Notes: generated by a model from the sequence alone, not told the origin. DNA of 32,000 bases from an archaeon (GCA_041657425.1 JBBABY010000001.1:60001-92000), one strand, 5' to 3'; shown: positions 1-9,224, counted from the first letter of the stretch. A program made the numbers and translations.

Positions 1-504
1 TAATGCACTACTATGACTTTTCTGAATGTATGTAGGATTAGATAAATAAAATACGGTTCTTTCTTTTATATGATTATAAACATCTGGATAATTAAGAAAA
101 TATTGCCTCTGAACATTATTATAATAATCTTCAACACTTTTTGCTAAATAACCAATTGCAATATTATATCCTTTTTCTGTAATCACTTCAGAACAATGAT
201 AAATATTTGGCATTGATGTAATTATTTTTTTAAGATTGTTTGTTACTTTTTCATTAGAAATATCAACTTGAAGATAAGTCCAAACTCTTAAGCCATAACC
301 TGCAACTTCTGCATTTAATGAGGGGATGTAGTGTTTAATTAATTTTTGTTTCTCCATTAGATCGATTGATGATTTAATTGTTGCTCTGTGAAAACCTGTG
401 TGCCTTTTTAATTGCCTAATATTTGGAGTCAATACTCCTGGTTTTCTCATCGCTGATAAAATTTTTATTCTAATTGGATCTATGACTTTCTTTGATTCAT
501 CCAT
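1..504 (-). CDS. winged-helix (Lrp/AsnC- or TrmB-like) transcriptional regulator; C-terminus cut by window edge
   Basis: Absent from the ORF track because it runs off the window. A reverse-strand ATG at 504 opens an uninterrupted 168-codon frame to position 1: MDESKKVIDPIRIKILSAMRKPGVLTPNIRQLKRHTGFHRATIKSSIDLMEKQKLIKHY... This is an HTH-like N-terminus followed by a possible small alpha/beta domain. Confidence 0.5.
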   Translation of the reverse strand, partial: MDESKKVIDPIRIKILSAMRKPGVLTPNIRQLKRHTGFHRATIKSSIDLMEKQKLIKHYIPSLNAEVAGYGLRVWTYLQVDISNEKVTNNLKKIITSMPNIYHCSEVITEKGYNIAIGYLAKSVEDYYNNVQRQYFLNYPDVYNHIKERTVFYLSNPTYIQKSHSSAL

Positions 505-569
505 ATTTCACTCACAAATAAGATTATACAAAAAAAGATATATAAATAGATTTAATTGTGCCAATTGGC

Positions 570-1784
570 CTACTCAGAGAATTCAGATTTTAGTAAGTCA
601 ATTATATTTTGAGCATCAATTCCAAGTCTTATTAATGTCGTATTTCCTTTGACTCCTTTTCCTGAAATTGTTGTAGAAATAAAACCATAAGTCTCAAGTT
701 CAGTTATGTATTCTCTAAACCATCTTATCGTTACTCCTTTTTCAGAATACTTCTCACAAAGAGTACAATACTTATCATAGATTTCTCCTGAATAAAGAAT
801 ATTTGAGTCCATTGATTGACCAGTAACTCCTAATATCCCCTTTGGTTTAAGAGAGCCTTGCGCAATTGCTAAGAGAACTAACTGTAATTGAACAGGCAAA
901 GTTAGCACCATGCTTTTCATGACCTCTTGCTCTACTTTTTCTTTAGCATCATAGACTTCTTTGTCTGTTACTTTTGTGTTGCCGTTAAGGTCTGCAATTT
1001 CTCCGGCTCTTAAAAGAAGCATAACTGCACGTCTTGCATCTCCTGATTCTTTTGCTGCAATTGCTGCTGCTGCGTTAATTGCTGAATCGCTTACAACATC
1101 TTTCTTAAATGCAATATCAATTCTTTGGAAAAGAATATCCTTTAATTCCTCAGCGTTATAAGGAGGATAAACTGCTTCTTGCTCACAAAGAGAACTTTTT
1201 GTTCTTGAGTCAAGATTGTTTTTGAAAAATAAATTATTTGAAATACCAATAATAGAAACAGAACCGTGCTCAATTTCATCATTTGTTCTTGTAAGTGTGT
1301 AGATTAAATCATCAATTTCTTTTTCTTTAATCTTGTCTATTTCGTCAAGAACTACAATAAAGTTTGTTCTATTTTCTTTAATATAGGTTAAAAATTTGTC
1401 ATAAATAAAAGACCTTGAATAACCAAAGAAGTTTTGTTCAGGATAGAATAATTGAACACAATAAACTAATACAGTGTACTTCGTTTGATAATTTCTACAA
1501 TTTAAGTAAACTGTTAATAATGGCAAGTGCTGATCTTTTGAGAAATTTTCTAATTGAGAAATAACATGTCTTACAACTGTTGTCTTCCCTGTTCCTACTT
1601 TTCCATACACAAAGACATTGTGAGGCTTTGATTTCTTTAGAACTGGAGACAGCCATAAAGACAGATTCTTTATTTGTTCATCTCTAAATGGCAATCTGTC
1701 CGGCGCATAATGTGGAGATATCTTTGACTTGTCTGTAAAAACCGAATTTTCATTTAGAAAATTATAAAAAATATTCTCTGCCAT
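570..1784 (-). CDS. orc1: Orc1/Cdc6 replication initiator (AAA+ ATPase plus C-terminal winged helix)
   Basis: 404 aa. Walker A is GKVGTGKTT and Walker B is VVLDEID. The GDARRA sensor region and overall length are typical of archaeal Orc1/Cdc6. Confidence 0.9.
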   Translation of the reverse strand: MAENIFYNFLNENSVFTDKSKISPHYAPDRLPFRDEQIKNLSLWLSPVLKKSKPHNVFVYGKVGTGKTTVVRHVISQLENFSKDQHLPLLTVYLNCRNYQTKYTVLVYCVQLFYPEQNFFGYSRSFIYDKFLTYIKENRTNFIVVLDEIDKIKEKEIDDLIYTLTRTNDEIEHGSVSIIGISNNLFFKNNLDSRTKSSLCEQEAVYPPYNAEELKDILFQRIDIAFKKDVVSDSAINAAAAIAAKESGDARRAVMLLLRAGEIADLNGNTKVTDKEVYDAKEKVEQEVMKSMVLTLPVQLQLVLLAIAQGSLKPKGILGVTGQSMDSNILYSGEIYDKYCTLCEKYSEKGVTIRWFREYITELETYGFISTTISGKGVKGNTTLIRLGIDAQNIIDLLKSEFSE

Positions 1785-1865
1785 TCTTCTCTCTTTTCTC
1801 CAAATCTATATAATCTATTACCACAAACTTTTAGAGAATATAATATATATAGAACGAAAGCCTTT

Positions 1866-2450
1866 TTATAGGTGTGGGCTTTGAAAAGCTAATGCTCTCT
1901 TTATTTCTGCATTTTCTAATATAGAGTAAAGTTTATTATGATATTTAGGATCTTTGCCATTAAAAACTGCTAGACCAACACTTGCTAGATCTCCATGAGT
2001 TACTAGAAGTATTTTCTTTCCTTTGTATTTCTTTTCCAAATCTGCAATTAATTCTTTAAATCTACTAGCTATTGAATATACAGACTCTATGCCCTTATAG
2101 GGTTTCCCTGAAAAATCGCATTCCCAAACCTTTAAATAAAAGTTTGTATAATCCTTTTTTTCCAATTCTCCAAAATTTCTTTCTCTTAATTGTTTTGAAA
2201 GAATTATTGGCTTTGCTTTAATATAAGTTTTTACAATCTCTGCTGTTTCTTTTGCTCTTTTGAAATCAGAGGAATAGATTATTGTATCTTTATCTAAATC
2301 TTTATTCTTTGAAATAGACTCTCTTGCTTGTTGCTTTCCTTTTGCAGTTAAACCGTAATGAGGCACTCCCTTTTTTGGATCACTAACTATTATGTGTTTA
2401 AGATTACCAAGACTGTGTCCGTGTCTCATTAAATAATATGTATTGTTCAT
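1866..2450 (-). CDS. histidine phosphatase family protein (phosphoglycerate-mutase-like), tandem copy 1
   Basis: 194 aa. It has an N-terminal RHGHS catalytic motif and a distal THGD histidine. It is a paralog of the adjacent 2500-3084 ORF. Confidence 0.8.
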   Translation of the reverse strand: MNNTYYLMRHGHSLGNLKHIIVSDPKKGVPHYGLTAKGKQQARESISKNKDLDKDTIIYSSDFKRAKETAEIVKTYIKAKPIILSKQLRERNFGELEKKDYTNFYLKVWECDFSGKPYKGIESVYSIASRFKELIADLEKKYKGKKILLVTHGDLASVGLAVFNGKDPKYHNKLYSILENAEIKRALAFQSPHL

Positions 2451-2499
2451 TTTAATCTATTTCTTTCAAAAATAACTTATTTAATTTAAAATCTAAAAT

Positions 2500-3084
2500 C
2501 TAGTTTGCTTTTCTTAATTCTGCTGTTTTTAAAGAAAATAATGTGTGGTGAAACTTTGGGTCTTTCTTAATAAAGCAAGTTAGAAGAATATTCACTATAT
2601 CTCCGTGAGCTGCAAGAACTATCTTTTTGCCTTTGTATTTCTTTTCTAAATCTAAAATTAGTTTTGTAGCTCTGTCAGCTACTGAATAAACTGATTCAAT
2701 TTCTCCAAGTGGTTTATCCTTTATATCTAATTCCCAAACTTTATCATAATTTTTATCAGAAGTTCTATCATATTTACCAAAATATCTTTCTCTTAAAGCC
2801 TTTGTTAAAATTATAGGTTTTGCTTTAATATGCACTCTAACGATTTCTGCAGTTTCTCTTGCTCTTTTAAAGTCTGAAGAATAAATAATTGTGTTTTTAT
2901 CTAAATCTTTATTTGCTTTTATTGAATCTTTTGCTTGTTGCTTTCCAAGTTCTGATAATCCGTAATTTTTAACAGCATATTTTGGACTACTCATAATTAA
3001 TTTCTTTATGTTTGCTCTACTTTGGCCGTGTCGTATTACATAATAGGTATTATTTAATTTTTTTATATCTTTTATTTTGTTCAT
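2500..3084 (-). CDS. histidine phosphatase family protein (phosphoglycerate-mutase-like), tandem copy 2
   Basis: 194 aa with RHGQS and AHGD motifs. It shares long identical peptides with copy 1: NKDLDK.TIIYSSDFKRA.ETAEIV, IKAKPIIL and DLEKKYKGKKI. Confidence 0.8.
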   Translation of the reverse strand: MNKIKDIKKLNNTYYVIRHGQSRANIKKLIMSSPKYAVKNYGLSELGKQQAKDSIKANKDLDKNTIIYSSDFKRARETAEIVRVHIKAKPIILTKALRERYFGKYDRTSDKNYDKVWELDIKDKPLGEIESVYSVADRATKLILDLEKKYKGKKIVLAAHGDIVNILLTCFIKKDPKFHHTLFSLKTAELRKAN

Positions 3085-3136
3085 AATTAATCTCCTTTAA
3101 TTTATTAAAAATTATTATTACAATAAATATATATAG

Positions 3137-3784
3137 TCATGCTTTACCATTCCATTCTTTATAGAATTGACCTAAAAACTTTTCCATAAACTTGTGTCTT
3201 TTCTCTGCAAATTTCTTTCCGGTTTCTGTATTCATTAAATCTTTTAACAAAAGAAGCTTTTCATAAAAATGATTAATGGTTGTGCCTTCTGCTTTAACAT
3301 ATTGTTCTTTTGTTTGATTTAGATTTGGTTTAATTTCAGGATTGTAAATTAGTCTATTTTTATAACCGCCAAAAGAAAAAGCCCTTGCAATTCCAATTGC
3401 ACCTATGGCGTCAAGCCTGTCTGCATCTTGAACTATTTTAAATTCTATACTTTTTTCCATTGGTTGATTTTTCTTAAAAGACATATGCTCTACTATATAG
3501 TTTACTTTTTCTATTAGTTCTTCATCAATCTTTAAAAGATTTAAAAATTCTTTTATCTTCTTTGGAGCAATAGTTTCATCTCCATTTGTAAATTTAGAAT
3601 CTGCGATATCGTGAAAAAGAACTGCTAATTCTACAATGAAAAGATCAGCTTTTTCTTTCTTTGCTATTTTTTTAGCAATATTGTTAACTCTTAAAACATG
3701 TTGCCAATCATGTCCTGGATCGCCTTTTAACATCTCGGACTTAACAAATTCTTTTGTTTTTTCAATGATTTTTGTTTTGTTCAT
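3137..3784 (-). CDS. HD-domain metal-dependent phosphohydrolase
   Basis: 215 aa. H..H (DWQHVLRV) plus an HD signature (LFHDIAD) and a distal DADRLD, as in YedJ-like HD hydrolases. A 4-nt ATGA start/stop overlap with mnmA suggests co-translation. Confidence 0.8.
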   Translation of the reverse strand: MNKTKIIEKTKEFVKSEMLKGDPGHDWQHVLRVNNIAKKIAKKEKADLFIVELAVLFHDIADSKFTNGDETIAPKKIKEFLNLLKIDEELIEKVNYIVEHMSFKKNQPMEKSIEFKIVQDADRLDAIGAIGIARAFSFGGYKNRLIYNPEIKPNLNQTKEQYVKAEGTTINHFYEKLLLLKDLMNTETGKKFAEKRHKFMEKFLGQFYKEWNGKA

Positions 3785-4827
3785 TCTATTATTCCCCCGC
3801 CTAAACAGATATCTTTCTTATAGAAAACACAGAATTGACCTGACGGTAAAAACTCCTGTGGGTTCTTAAAAATAACTTTTACTTTATTGCCTGGCAACTT
3901 TACAAGCTTTGCCTTTACTGGTTTTGTTGTATACCTTATTTTTACATAACTTTCAGTTTTTGGAATTTCAGAAATCAAATTAACATTTGTAATAATAATT
4001 TCTTTCTTGATTGAATCCTTTGAAGTTGTTGTAACTATCAATTCATTTTTCTTGTTGTTATAGCCACAAACAAAATACTTTGTTTGAGACTTTAAGTTTA
4101 ATCCTTTTCTTTGGCCTATTGTGTGAAACCATAAGCCGTTATGCTTTCCAATTACTTTGCCTGTTGTGTCAACAATATTTCCTTGTTTCTTTCCCAGTTC
4201 TTTTTCAAGAAACTTTGGAAAATCATTTCCTGAAACAAAACAGAAATCTTGAGATTGCTTAGTTTTTGAAAAATAATCAAAGTCTTGCTTTTGGGCCAAG
4301 AGATAAACTTGATCTTTTATCATATCTTGTAAAGGAAAAATAATTCTTTTAAGCCAAGCTTTTGGAAGAAGACAAAGGCCATATGTTTGATCTTTTGTTT
4401 TGTCTTTTGGTTTAAGAAGTTGATTACCTTTGATCTTTGCATAATGCCCTGTTGCAACAAACTGAATTTTATGTTTATCAGCAAAATCGAGAAGTGCTTT
4501 AATCTTTGAATATCTATTACAGATTACACAAGGATTTGGAGTTCTGTTATTCTTTAGTTCTTTTTTAAAATAACCAACAACTTCCTTTTCAAAATTCTTT
4601 CTTTCATCAACCAAATGGAAAGGCACGTTTAGTTTCTTACAAACGTCTTTTGCTATCTCAATTGCCTTTGGAGTACAACAAGAATTTTCTCTACAGGTTG
4701 CATTTTTCCAAACTGGAAGTTTAAGAGAAACTGCAATCGGTTCATAGCCTTGTTTCCTTAAGACAACAAGAGCCATAGAAGAATCTACTCCTCCTGAAAC
4801 TCCAACGACTACTCTTTTATCTTTCAT
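3781..4827 (-). CDS. mnmA: tRNA-specific 2-thiouridylase MnmA (bacterial/mitochondrial type)
   Basis: 348 aa. PP-loop VGVSGGVDSS, a PNPCVICN motif at the catalytic-Cys position, a second Cys in DFCFV, and a C-terminal barrel-like region. Confidence 0.8.
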   Translation of the reverse strand: MKDKRVVVGVSGGVDSSMALVVLRKQGYEPIAVSLKLPVWKNATCRENSCCTPKAIEIAKDVCKKLNVPFHLVDERKNFEKEVVGYFKKELKNNRTPNPCVICNRYSKIKALLDFADKHKIQFVATGHYAKIKGNQLLKPKDKTKDQTYGLCLLPKAWLKRIIFPLQDMIKDQVYLLAQKQDFDYFSKTKQSQDFCFVSGNDFPKFLEKELGKKQGNIVDTTGKVIGKHNGLWFHTIGQRKGLNLKSQTKYFVCGYNNKKNELIVTTTSKDSIKKEIIITNVNLISEIPKTESYVKIRYTTKPVKAKLVKLPGNKVKVIFKNPQEFLPSGQFCVFYKKDICLGGGIIE

Positions 4828-4836
4828 ATTGTCACT

Positions 4837-6006
4837 TTAAAAAAAATATTCTTTTGATTTTAAAATTGCGTCTTTTACTAATTGTTCCTTGTCTGGAATG
4901 TGATCTTCAATTGCTTTTACTTCTTCTATTCTTGCTCTTGTCTGTGGGTGTTCAGCCACCATAAAGGAACAACAGTCTGGATAAGGGATAATTGAAATAT
5001 CATAAGTGCCAATCTTTTTTGCAATTGTAATTATTTCTTCCTTGTTAAAACCAATTAATGGTGGAAAGACAGGAAGAGTTGTTGCCTCATAGATGCAACT
5101 TATATTTTCTAGAGTCTGAGAAGCAACTTGGCCAACAGAATCACCTGTAACTATTGCTTGTGCATTTTCTTTTATTGCAAGTTCTTGAATAATCCTTAAC
5201 ATAAATCTTCTGTAGATTATCATTCTATGGTCTGCAGGGACGAGCATCAATAATTTTGTTTGAATGTCTGAGAAAGGAATAACAATTAACTTAGTTCTTC
5301 CTTGAAATTTCCTCAAAGTATTACAAAGCTTGAAAATCTTCTCTTCTACTTCTTTTGTTACTAAGTTATTGCTTTGGATGTGGGCATAAATTACTTTACA
5401 GCCTCTTTTGTTTAGCATAAACCCAGAAACTGGACTGTCAATGCCACCAGAAAGAGAACACATGACGTTACCAGTTGAACCCACTGGAAGACCTGAAACT
5501 CCTTGAGTGGTGTCCTTACTAGAAAATATAAAAACTTCCTTTTCTGTAACCTCTATATTTATTTCAAAATCTGGATTTTTTAATTTTACTTTCTTTCTTA
5601 AATTTTCAAAAATTACTTCTCCAACTTGTCTGTCTAACTCTTGAGAAGTTAATGGAAATTTCTTAAAAGATCTTGTTGATGTGACTCTAAAGTTTTCAAA
5701 ATCTTTTTCGTGAAATTTTGAAAGATCGAAAGACAATACTTTTATGTTTTCTAAATTTTGATTAGTTGAAAAGCAAAAAGAAAAACTTGAAATTCCAGGA
5801 ATACTAGAAAGAATAACTTTTATTTCTTCCGTGTTAACACTAGTGTTTAATACACACACCACTCGCCCATATCTCTTAAATGTTTTAACAATATAATCTT
5901 TACAAGAATCATTAATATTCCTTACAAGTATGTCTTCAAAGAAAGATCTATTGTCTTTTTTTATTCCTATTTCGGAATAATGTATCATTATGTGTGTTGG
6001 TTTCAT
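4837..6006 (-). CDS. thiI: tRNA 4-thiouridine synthase ThiI (THUMP + PP-loop, no rhodanese domain)
   Basis: 389 aa. PP-loop SLSGGIDSPV and a conserved DCCS motif near the C-terminus, with an N-terminal ferredoxin-like/THUMP-length region. Confidence 0.85.
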   Translation of the reverse strand: MKPTHIMIHYSEIGIKKDNRSFFEDILVRNINDSCKDYIVKTFKRYGRVVCVLNTSVNTEEIKVILSSIPGISSFSFCFSTNQNLENIKVLSFDLSKFHEKDFENFRVTSTRSFKKFPLTSQELDRQVGEVIFENLRKKVKLKNPDFEINIEVTEKEVFIFSSKDTTQGVSGLPVGSTGNVMCSLSGGIDSPVSGFMLNKRGCKVIYAHIQSNNLVTKEVEEKIFKLCNTLRKFQGRTKLIVIPFSDIQTKLLMLVPADHRMIIYRRFMLRIIQELAIKENAQAIVTGDSVGQVASQTLENISCIYEATTLPVFPPLIGFNKEEIITIAKKIGTYDISIIPYPDCCSFMVAEHPQTRARIEEVKAIEDHIPDKEQLVKDAILKSKEYFF

Positions 6007-6228
6007 GTAATTATCTTCTTAAACTGTTTGTTCTATAATACTATTAATAGTACAACAAATTAAAATATAATCTAAAACAAAAAATTAAATTTTATAACAA
6101 AAAATCTCCATTTTTACAAAAAAACGGGATATATGTTGTAACAATTTGTTTTTATATATTTTGGTTCAATATTATATTACTATTATTTTTAATAAAAAAA
6201 AGGGGAAAACAAAAAAAGGTGGTTAAAC

Positions 6229-6576
6229 GTGGCATTTTTAGACAATGTTTTTGCTAAGAAATCAGACTTAGATGTTGATGATTACTTAAACAATATGGAA
6301 GTTGATGAAGAACCAGAAGAAGTAGATTTCTGGGTAAAACCAATCAATTTACAAACAAACTCTGAAGTTGAAGAGACAATAAGAGAATTAAAAGAAAAAA
6401 ACTTAGTTCTTTTAGATATCGAAAACTTATCAAAGAGAAACGCTCAAAGAGCAAAACAATTCTTAGGTCAAATTAAGATGTATGTTAAAGATACAGGCGG
6501 AGACTTAGCTATGATCTCACCTTCAAAGATTCTTTTAACACCATCAAAAGTAAAGATCGTTAAAAAAAGAATGTAA
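6229..6576 (+). CDS. sepF: SepF-like cell division protein (DUF552)
   Basis: 115 aa with a GTG start preceded by AAAGGTGG. It has a short amphipathic N-terminus (MAFLDNVFAKK), an acidic linker, then a DUF552-like core (LVLLDIENL...RAKQFLGQI...GGDLAMIS...ILLTPSKVKI). Confidence 0.65.
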   Translation: MAFLDNVFAKKSDLDVDDYLNNMEVDEEPEEVDFWVKPINLQTNSEVEETIRELKEKNLVLLDIENLSKRNAQRAKQFLGQIKMYVKDTGGDLAMISPSKILLTPSKVKIVKKRM

Positions 6577-6583
6577 TTAGAAA

Positions 6584-7309
6584 ATGGAATTAAATAAACA
6601 TTCCTTTCCTGTCAATATAACTCTTGAGGACGCTATTTCCAAATTCCAAAAAGAGTTTGACAAAAAAGGACATAAGGTCAAGATCCAAAAGGATCAAATG
6701 CACCTTAATATTACACCTTATTGGGTGTGCTTTTATGATATTGACTCTAATAAAGACGGTAACTATCAGCACATCTCTGGGCAAATTGCTTTAAACTCAC
6801 TTACTAATAAAGTAGAAAATGAATTTTTAAAGCTTTTAAATGTTTCAACGCCACAAGTTATTGATGCACTTGATGTTTCTTTTGAAAGAGTTGAAATTAG
6901 AGTAAAGAAATCATTAATCAACCAAGCAGAAGCACAAGAAACAATAACAAAGGTATTGTCCTCTAAATATAATGTGGATAAAAAAAATATTTCCCTTAGT
7001 GGATTTGAAGAAATGTATATCCCGATATGGAGAATCGATATTGAAAGTCACGAATTATACATGGACGCAGTTATTAGTAAAATAAATAACTTCCATATCA
7101 TTAACAAAAAAAGCAGAAGCAATAGCGAATTATTTTCAGAAATGGTAGAGGAGATTAAAACACCTAAAGGACTTGCAAAATATATTATAGAATTCGTTAT
7201 TAATGTCTTTAAAGCTATAACTTCTGTATTTATGTTATTTATTAAAAACTGGCAAATAGTTTTAATTATTATATTAGCAGTCTTTATTGGATTTTTAATT
7301 TTTTTCTAA
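6584..7309 (+). CDS. hypothetical tail-anchored membrane protein
   Basis: 241 aa and 7 nt downstream of sepF. The hydrophobic C-terminal segments (ITSVFMLFI, IVLIIILAVFIGFLIFF) are the only predicted TM region. I recognise no family motif. Confidence 0.5.
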   Translation: MELNKHSFPVNITLEDAISKFQKEFDKKGHKVKIQKDQMHLNITPYWVCFYDIDSNKDGNYQHISGQIALNSLTNKVENEFLKLLNVSTPQVIDALDVSFERVEIRVKKSLINQAEAQETITKVLSSKYNVDKKNISLSGFEEMYIPIWRIDIESHELYMDAVISKINNFHIINKKSRSNSELFSEMVEEIKTPKGLAKYIIEFVINVFKAITSVFMLFIKNWQIVLIIILAVFIGFLIFF

Positions 7310-8306
7310 GCTGATTTATAATTTCTTTTTGATTATCTATTATTACTTGCTCTAATGCCTTTGATCTTTCTAAAAGACAAGAATAAACAAACTTTGTAAA
7401 TTTATAATATTCTTTACTTTCTTGTAATCTTTCAAGTAAAGCGATATATGTTTCTCTATTATCTAAATTAATTATTGCTCTGCAATACTTATTCTTTTGT
7501 AGAATAAAATTCATTATTTCTCTTCCAGTTCTTCCATTGCCATCTAAAAACGGATGAATCGATTCAAAATAAATATGAATGTAAGATGCAAGCTCAACAG
7601 GATGTAATTGTTTGTTGGTTTGATAAAATTTCATTAATTTTTTCATTTCTGCAGGCACTTTCTCTGCGATTAGCGGTTTGTGTGTTGAACCTAAAATATA
7701 TACTGGAGAAGTTCTATACTCTCCTGGTGTTTTTGTTGAAAACCCATCCATGATTAGTCTATGAATTTTTTTTATTACTTTTTCAGAAACTTCTTTTTTA
7801 TTTTGTAAAAACTCTTTAGTTAGTTTTAAATTTTGGATTTCTTTAATCTCAAAAAGAGATTTCCCTGTTACGCCTACTTCTTTTTCTATAACTTGAGTTG
7901 CTTGTTGTAAACTTAATGTATTACCTTCTACCGAAGCACTACCCTGTGCAAATCTAATAAATTCATCTTTATCAAACTGGATAAAGCTTTCTGGAAAAAA
8001 ATATTTAAATAATTTATAATTATATTTAAGTTTCTCTAGTTCTATAACTTCAGAAAAGTTGAGTGTTTGTAATTTATATTTTTTAATTGTTTCTTTTGCT
8101 AATTCTAATATTACTTTATTCTTTAACTCTGTAAATTTAGTTAATAATTCCGAATTATCATTTATAGCTACACTTATCTTTAATCGTTTTGAGCTTTGAG
8201 AAATGGTTTCTTCAAGATAGAATCTTTGCTTTCCTGCAATTACTCTTTTTGTTATAAACATATATATATTTACCCACGAAATGTTTAAAAATGGTTGTTT
8301 TAGCAT
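7284..8306 (-). CDS. fic: Fic/DOC family protein (putative AMPylase) with intramolecular inhibitory motif
   Basis: 340 aa with the canonical Fic motif HPFLDGNGRTGR. Upstream, SASVEGN fits the [ST]xxxE[GN] inhibitory helix. The true start may be the internal Met (MFITKR, near 8261). Confidence 0.85.
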   Translation of the reverse strand: MLKQPFLNISWVNIYMFITKRVIAGKQRFYLEETISQSSKRLKISVAINDNSELLTKFTELKNKVILELAKETIKKYKLQTLNFSEVIELEKLKYNYKLFKYFFPESFIQFDKDEFIRFAQGSASVEGNTLSLQQATQVIEKEVGVTGKSLFEIKEIQNLKLTKEFLQNKKEVSEKVIKKIHRLIMDGFSTKTPGEYRTSPVYILGSTHKPLIAEKVPAEMKKLMKFYQTNKQLHPVELASYIHIYFESIHPFLDGNGRTGREIMNFILQKNKYCRAIINLDNRETYIALLERLQESKEYYKFTKFVYSCLLERSKALEQVIIDNQKEIINQLRKKLKIQ

Positions 8307-8315
8307 ATCTGTGGG

Positions 8316-9224
8316 TTAAATTAATCTATCTATTTCTTCTTGAGTTTTTGCAATTGCAAGTTTTGCCCTTAACTCTCTTGCTCCGCTAAAACCTGAAACC
8401 ATTTGAAGAAGATTTGACTTTTGATTTTTCACTTCTAGATTATACTTTTTTGCAAGTTTTATAAATTGCTTTAAATTTTCTTGTTTTGTTTTTTGAGTCT
8501 TTTCAGAAATTAAAGAAAAAATACTTGGGTCATTAAGCGCACTTCTCCCTACCATTAATCCAGCAAACACATCAATACCTTTAAACTTAGAATAATTTTC
8601 TGCAGTTATATCTCCATTGTAAATTACGGGAATAGATGTGGTTTTTGCAATTTCTTCAACTAAAAAATAATTTGATTTTACAGAATAATTCTCAATACCT
8701 AAACGGCCGTGAATTGCAATCGCATCAATGTTTGCTTTCTCAAGAGAATTTACAATCTCTGAAATATTGTTTTGCTTATACCCTAGTCTTACTTTTGCAG
8801 TTATCGGTTTATTATTATTTTCTTTTATCTCTTTAATAGTCTTTGCAACTTTTTTTATATTATCTAGAAGACTAGCACCAGAATTGCCTGCCGCAATCTT
8901 TGGAGATGGACAACCTAAATTGAAATCAATTATATCAAAATCCAGCAGCTCTACTTTTTCAAAAGCTTCTCTTGTTAACTTTAGATTTGTAAAATCTCCA
9001 ACCAACTGAAGAGTTGTTGGATAATCTTCATCTTTTGTTATAAGTTCAGGAATTGTGTCTAGTGGCTGACTAACAATATGATTAATATGAACCATTTCTG
9101 TATAACATAACTCGCAACCATTTTCTGCACATAACTGCCTAAAAGAAAGATTAGTATACTCAAGCATTGGTGCTAATATCCCTTTATTTTTTATGGAAAT
9201 CTTTCCAATTTTTAATTTTGTCAT
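8316..9224 (-). CDS. dus: tRNA-dihydrouridine synthase (Dus family, TIM barrel flavoenzyme)
   Basis: 302 aa. APM..YTN..FR N-terminus, DFNLGCP catalytic-Cys motif, and KVRLG and HGR strands typical of Dus. Confidence 0.8.
   Translation of the reverse strand: MTKLKIGKISIKNKGILAPMLEYTNLSFRQLCAENGCELCYTEMVHINHIVSQPLDTIPELITKDEDYPTTLQLVGDFTNLKLTREAFEKVELLDFDIIDFNLGCPSPKIAAGNSGASLLDNIKKVAKTIKEIKENNNKPITAKVRLGYKQNNISEIVNSLEKANIDAIAIHGRLGIENYSVKSNYFLVEEIAKTTSIPVIYNGDITAENYSKFKGIDVFAGLMVGRSALNDPSIFSLISEKTQKTKQENLKQFIKLAKKYNLEVKNQKSNLLQMVSGFSGARELRAKLAIAKTQEEIDRLI

Noticed and set aside
398-652. 84-aa plus-strand ORF
   Set aside because: It overlaps the 5' end of the reverse-strand wHTH regulator and the 3' end of orc1. 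It has no signals, so it is most likely spurious.
505-1865. Replication origin next to orc1
   Set aside because: Origins often flank orc1/cdc6. However, the flanking spacers (505-569 and 1785-1865) are short, and I could not find repeated ORB or mini-ORB-like inverted elements there or in the 222-bp spacer at 6007-6228. I found only a 10-nt palindrome, gccaattggc, at the orc1 stop, so the origin is unsupported from sequence alone. A genome-wide GC-skew/Z-curve analysis and an ORB motif search would decide.
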